From Vicinamibacterales bacterium (GTDB taxonomy: Bacteria > Acidobacteriota > Vicinamibacteria > Vicinamibacterales > 2-12-FULL-66-21), in assembly GCA_035491715.1 (NCBI GenBank), contig DATJKH010000029.1:23555-87554 (forward strand): DNA of 64,000 nucleotides, in the 5' to 3' direction. The notes under the pieces are model-generated. The model was not told where the DNA came from, did no database searches, and saw nothing but the letters and a program-made list of their open reading frames with translations. This document shows positions 60,777 through 64,000 of the stretch, piece after piece. The position numbers were made by a program, and so were the translations under genes. Within the stretch, counting starts at the first letter, position 1. The number at the start of each line of letters is the position of its first letter.

Positions 60777-60922
60777 GTCAGCTCCTGAGCGTGAATAGGT
60801 GTTGCGATCGATTCATCCGACCCGGAGCGTAGCCCTCGGAGGTGTCGCGAGTCGTCATACGTTTGGGTGATTTTCTCTTCTGAGGCCTAAAATCATCAAA
60901 ACGGATGACACCAGACGTGCGA

Positions 60923-61384
60923 CTAGGGGATTAGCCTCATGCTTTTGGCGACTTGAACCGCCTTGGTGCGGCGATTGACTTCTAATTTTCCGAACAGACG
61001 GCTGGCGTGAGTCTTCACTGTGTTTTCGCTCACGAAGAGTGTCGACGCGATTTCGCGGGTGCTCATGCCGTCGGCGATCAGCTTCAAGATTTCCAGTTCT
61101 CGCGGCGTGATGCCCAGGCTCTGAATCTTTTCCGAATTGACGGTGAAGGGACGGGCGGCCGGCGACTGCATGTCGACCATTCGGGCGCGTTTCCCGCTGG
61201 TAAGTGTCACGCCGAGCCAGATACCGAGCCCGGCAAACAGTGCCGCAACCAGAGCGCCGTAGATCTGCAGCGAATGCTCCAGGACGAGGAAACGAAATTC
61301 GATCAGTCGAAGTGCCACGATCAGCACGCCGCCGGCAAGACCGTAGACAAGGACCGCCTTTTTCACTACCAAAGGATAAAACAT
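60923..61384 (-). CDS. membrane-anchored LuxR-family HTH regulator
   Basis: The C-terminal block ITPRELEILKLIADGMSTREIASTLFVSENTVKTHASRLFGKL is present. Two N-terminal TM helices follow the internal ATG 61384. Confidence 0.7.
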   Translation of the reverse strand: MFYPLVVKKAVLVYGLAGGVLIVALRLIEFRFLVLEHSLQIYGALVAALFAGLGIWLGVTLTSGKRARMVDMQSPAARPFTVNSEKIQSLGITPRELEILKLIADGMSTREIASTLFVSENTVKTHASRLFGKLEVNRRTKAVQVAKSMRLIP

Positions 61385-61436
61385 TGTGGCCGTTGGACTG
61401 ACGGCCGGCTGGCGGCTCTGAGGTACGCTAATCGAC

Positions 61437-62732
61437 GTGCAGCGACTTCTGGTACGAGTGGCATGTGCCTGGCTCATCGGCTCAGGCGCTACCGTGGTTC
61501 TTGCCGAAGACTGGCCGCAGTTTCGCGGTCCGGATGGTCAGGGGCATTCGGGCGAGCGCGGCGTGCCGATCCACTGGAGTGAGACGCAGAACATCGCCTG
61601 GAAGGTTGCTGTTCCTGGACGCGGCTGGTCGTCTCCCGTGGTGGTTGACGGGCGCGTGTGGCTCACGACTGCAATACCCTCAGGACGCGAGCGTTCGCTT
61701 CGACTGATGTCGTTCGACGCTTCGTCCGGACAGACGAGGCTGGATGTTGAAGTCTTTCGCCAATCTAACTCCGAGCTCCTGAACGCGAAGAACAGTCACG
61801 CGTCACCAACGCCGATCGTCGAGGGGGACCGCGTCTACGTCCATTTCGGGGCGGAAGGCACGGCTGCCGTGTCCACGACCGGCGAGGTGATCTGGAAAGT
61901 CCGCTTGCGGTACGACTCGCAGCACGGCAACGGCGGTTCGCCGGTGTTATCTGGCGATTTGTTGATTGTGAATTGCGACGGTTTCGACGAAGCGTTCGTC
62001 GCCGCGCTCGACAAGCGAACCGGCAAGACGCGGTGGCGTACGTTTCGTCCTGAACCCTGGTCGCAGGCGTATTCGACACCGCTCGTCATTCGCGCCGGCG
62101 ATCGTGACCTCGTGGTCAGCGTCGGCGCGTTTCACACGATGGCCTACGATCCGCAAAACGGGAAGGAGGCCTGGCGCGTCGATTACCCTGAAGGATTCTC
62201 GAACGTGCCCCGTCCGGTATATGGATCCGGTCTCGTGTTCATCGCAACCGGTTTCCAGCAACCGTCGCTGCTTGCGGTTCGGCCGGACGGGAAGGGGAAC
62301 GTCACGCGGAGTCACGTCGCCTGGACCTTGAGTCGCGGGGCGCCGCTCACCCCATCACCGCTCCTCGTCGGCGACGATCTGTATCTCGTGACCGACGCTG
62401 GTATCGCATCGAAGGTTGATGCGCGAACGGGTGCCGTCCGCTGGCAGCATCGACTCGGTGCTCCAGTGTCGGCCTCACCAGTATCGGTCGATGGACGTAT
62501 CTATTTTCTCGACGAAGAGGGAAGGACGACGGTCGTCATGCCGGGGCCGACGTTCGAGGCGGTGGCGGTGAATGCGCTGGATGGCGCAACGCTCGCGTCA
62601 ATGGCGGTCGCGTCGCAGTCGTTCTTCATCCGGACGGCGACGCATCTGTATAGGATTTCCGAGGCGGGGCCTAAAGACCCGCCCGTCGCGCCTAGACATA
62701 ACTCAGCCACCACTCCCGTCGTCTGGCCTTGA
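61437..62732 (+). CDS. PQQ-like (BamB-type) beta-propeller repeat protein, secreted
   Basis: The signal peptide is followed by DWPQFRGPDGQG and repeated W-containing blade motifs. Confidence 0.75.
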   Translation: MQRLLVRVACAWLIGSGATVVLAEDWPQFRGPDGQGHSGERGVPIHWSETQNIAWKVAVPGRGWSSPVVVDGRVWLTTAIPSGRERSLRLMSFDASSGQTRLDVEVFRQSNSELLNAKNSHASPTPIVEGDRVYVHFGAEGTAAVSTTGEVIWKVRLRYDSQHGNGGSPVLSGDLLIVNCDGFDEAFVAALDKRTGKTRWRTFRPEPWSQAYSTPLVIRAGDRDLVVSVGAFHTMAYDPQNGKEAWRVDYPEGFSNVPRPVYGSGLVFIATGFQQPSLLAVRPDGKGNVTRSHVAWTLSRGAPLTPSPLLVGDDLYLVTDAGIASKVDARTGAVRWQHRLGAPVSASPVSVDGRIYFLDEEGRTTVVMPGPTFEAVAVNALDGATLASMAVASQSFFIRTATHLYRISEAGPKDPPVAPRHNSATTPVVWP

Positions 62733-63972
62733 CACCCGCGAACCAGGCGCAGAGGGGATACAGCAGGATCACACCAAGAATCCACACCGCGTAGACGACA
62801 GGCAGGCCAAATCCCACGTCGGTGGGAGGCGGCCCTGCGAATCCGACGTTGCTGAAGAGATACCCAACGGGCCTCCCGGCCATCCATGTCACGGCGATTG
62901 CGAGGACATGCGACGTGACCCACTGCAGCAGATAGAAGAACAGCGGCACACGGCCAAACGTGACGAACATACGAGCGAGCGGACCCGAGCTGCGACGTTC
63001 AGCGAACAAAAGGAAGAGAATGCCCGGCCCGATTGTCATCATCAGATAGAGCAACGACGGTGGGTACTTGCTGAGTGCGAGGAACGACAGGGCAGCTTTG
63101 GCGGCGCCGAATCGCATCGTCCACGGAGCCGGATCACCATAGATATTGATTAAGCGCAGGACGACAAATCCCACCACTATTGCGCTGCCGAGCAGAAGCA
63201 ACGCGCGGCGTCTTTGTCTTTCGTTCCTGCGGTACAACGATCCGAATGCATAACCAGCCAGCATGACTGCTGGCCACGGAATCAACGGATAGACTACGAA
63301 GACGACTGGACCGGGAAATCCAAGCGGGAAAATCGGTCCCTGCCGGTGGAGCACGTACCATACCGATTCCCACAATCCTGGTACCGGCGTGCCCGGACCG
63401 TTGAACGTCGTGACCCGCACTGCGTCGAGCAGGTTGTGCAGCGCGATGACGGAAAGGCTCAGCACCACGGCCGCGCGCCACGGGAGATGGATGGCCGCTG
63501 CCAGCACGATCATGCTCCAGCCGGTCACCCAGATTACTTGCATGAAGAACAGCAGCTCGCCGTAGTTGAAGTTGAAGAAGAGCAACGGCCGCAAAACAAC
63601 CAGTTCGATGGCGATCAGCCACAGTCCGCGTGTGACCAGAAATCTCGAGAGCTGCGCTTTCGAGCGGCCGCGCATCTCCTGAAAGGAAACCGCGGTTCCC
63701 GCGAGAAACACGAAGAGGGGCGCACAGAAATGCGTGATCCAGCGGGTGAAAAAGAGCAGCGGAAACGTCCGCGACACGTCCGTGGGGTCGAACGAAAACG
63801 CATCGCGATGGACGAAGTCCCGCGTATGGTCCAGCATCATGATGACCATGATGAGGCCGCGAAGCAGATCGACCGAGTCGATCCGGACTTTGACCCCTGC
63901 GCCTGCGCGTTGTTTAACCGATCCGTCCAGTACGCTGGGCGACAGTGTTGTCGAGTGGAATGCTTGGGTCAT
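62692..63972 (-). CDS. DUF1624 / heparan-alpha-glucosaminide N-acetyltransferase-like polytopic membrane protein (paralogue)
   Basis: The block RIDSVDLLRGLIMVIMMLDHTRDF is present and the protein is polytopic. Its 3' end overlaps the convergent propeller gene by about 41 nt. Confidence 0.7.
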   Translation of the reverse strand: MTQAFHSTTLSPSVLDGSVKQRAGAGVKVRIDSVDLLRGLIMVIMMLDHTRDFVHRDAFSFDPTDVSRTFPLLFFTRWITHFCAPLFVFLAGTAVSFQEMRGRSKAQLSRFLVTRGLWLIAIELVVLRPLLFFNFNYGELLFFMQVIWVTGWSMIVLAAAIHLPWRAAVVLSLSVIALHNLLDAVRVTTFNGPGTPVPGLWESVWYVLHRQGPIFPLGFPGPVVFVVYPLIPWPAVMLAGYAFGSLYRRNERQRRRALLLLGSAIVVGFVVLRLINIYGDPAPWTMRFGAAKAALSFLALSKYPPSLLYLMMTIGPGILFLLFAERRSSGPLARMFVTFGRVPLFFYLLQWVTSHVLAIAVTWMAGRPVGYLFSNVGFAGPPPTDVGFGLPVVYAVWILGVILLYPLCAWFAGVKARRREWWLSYV

Positions 63973-64000
63973 TGCGGTCAGGCGATTCTACGCGATTCGC

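Overview
This is a visibly G+C-rich bacterial chromosomal segment that is almost entirely coding, with about 55 genes on both strands. I recognised no rRNA, tRNA, CRISPR array, transposase, integrase or phage genes. All family calls come from reading motifs in the supplied translations. No database search was run.

Two ADOP-type duplicated MacB/FtsX permeases, plus many enzymes of normally cytoplasmic families that carry Tat or Sec signals, suggest an Acidobacteriota-like soil bacterium. That placement is inference.

Gene blocks in order:
- A 5'-truncated radical SAM gene of the MJ0619/GDGT-MAS (Tes) family, followed by an ABC-2 exporter.
- A glycan block: GH2, mutarotase, GH39.
- An ADOP permease.
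- A sugar nucleotidyltransferase and GHMP kinase pair.
- A bifunctional aspartokinase/homoserine dehydrogenase.
- A three-subunit succinate dehydrogenase.
- A carboxylesterase.
- An NTase-like ORF and EEP nuclease/phosphatase pair.
- An S9 peptidase, an M24 peptidase and a Tat-exported Gfo/Idh/MocA oxidoreductase.
- A creatininase-family protein, an O-methyltransferase and an MBL-fold hydrolase.
- A translationally coupled unit of carbonic anhydrase, GNAT, tartrate-dehydrogenase-like enzyme and DASS transporter.
- An HtrA-like protease and a second ADOP permease.
- A four-gene operon of sugar-acid enzymes that all carry export signals.
- An APC permease followed by an ApbE/CBM9-like fusion.
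- A YtrA-type GntR regulator with an ABC operon.
- A large membrane-anchored Ser/Thr kinase.
- A monofunctional aspartokinase.
- Two DUF1624 paralogues.
- A split LigD (ligase gene plus polymerase gene).
- A membrane-anchored LuxR regulator with a DUF4199 protein, and a PQQ-like propeller protein.

Non-coding structure:
- A REP-like palindrome family with four or more copies.
- A perfect 23-bp-stem bidirectional terminator.
- A 9-bp tandem array in a divergent promoter region.
- A 6 x 11-bp tandem array whose minus strand is G-quadruplex-capable, immediately upstream of the NHEJ ligase gene.

Most interesting candidates:
- The exported sugar-acid operon (40436..44739).
- The bacterial Tes-like radical SAM gene (1..1580).
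- The 11-bp array upstream of ligD (57661..57726).
- The NTase-like/EEP pair (21444..22689).
- The ApbE fusion (46232..48277).

I see no classical defence island or mobile element.
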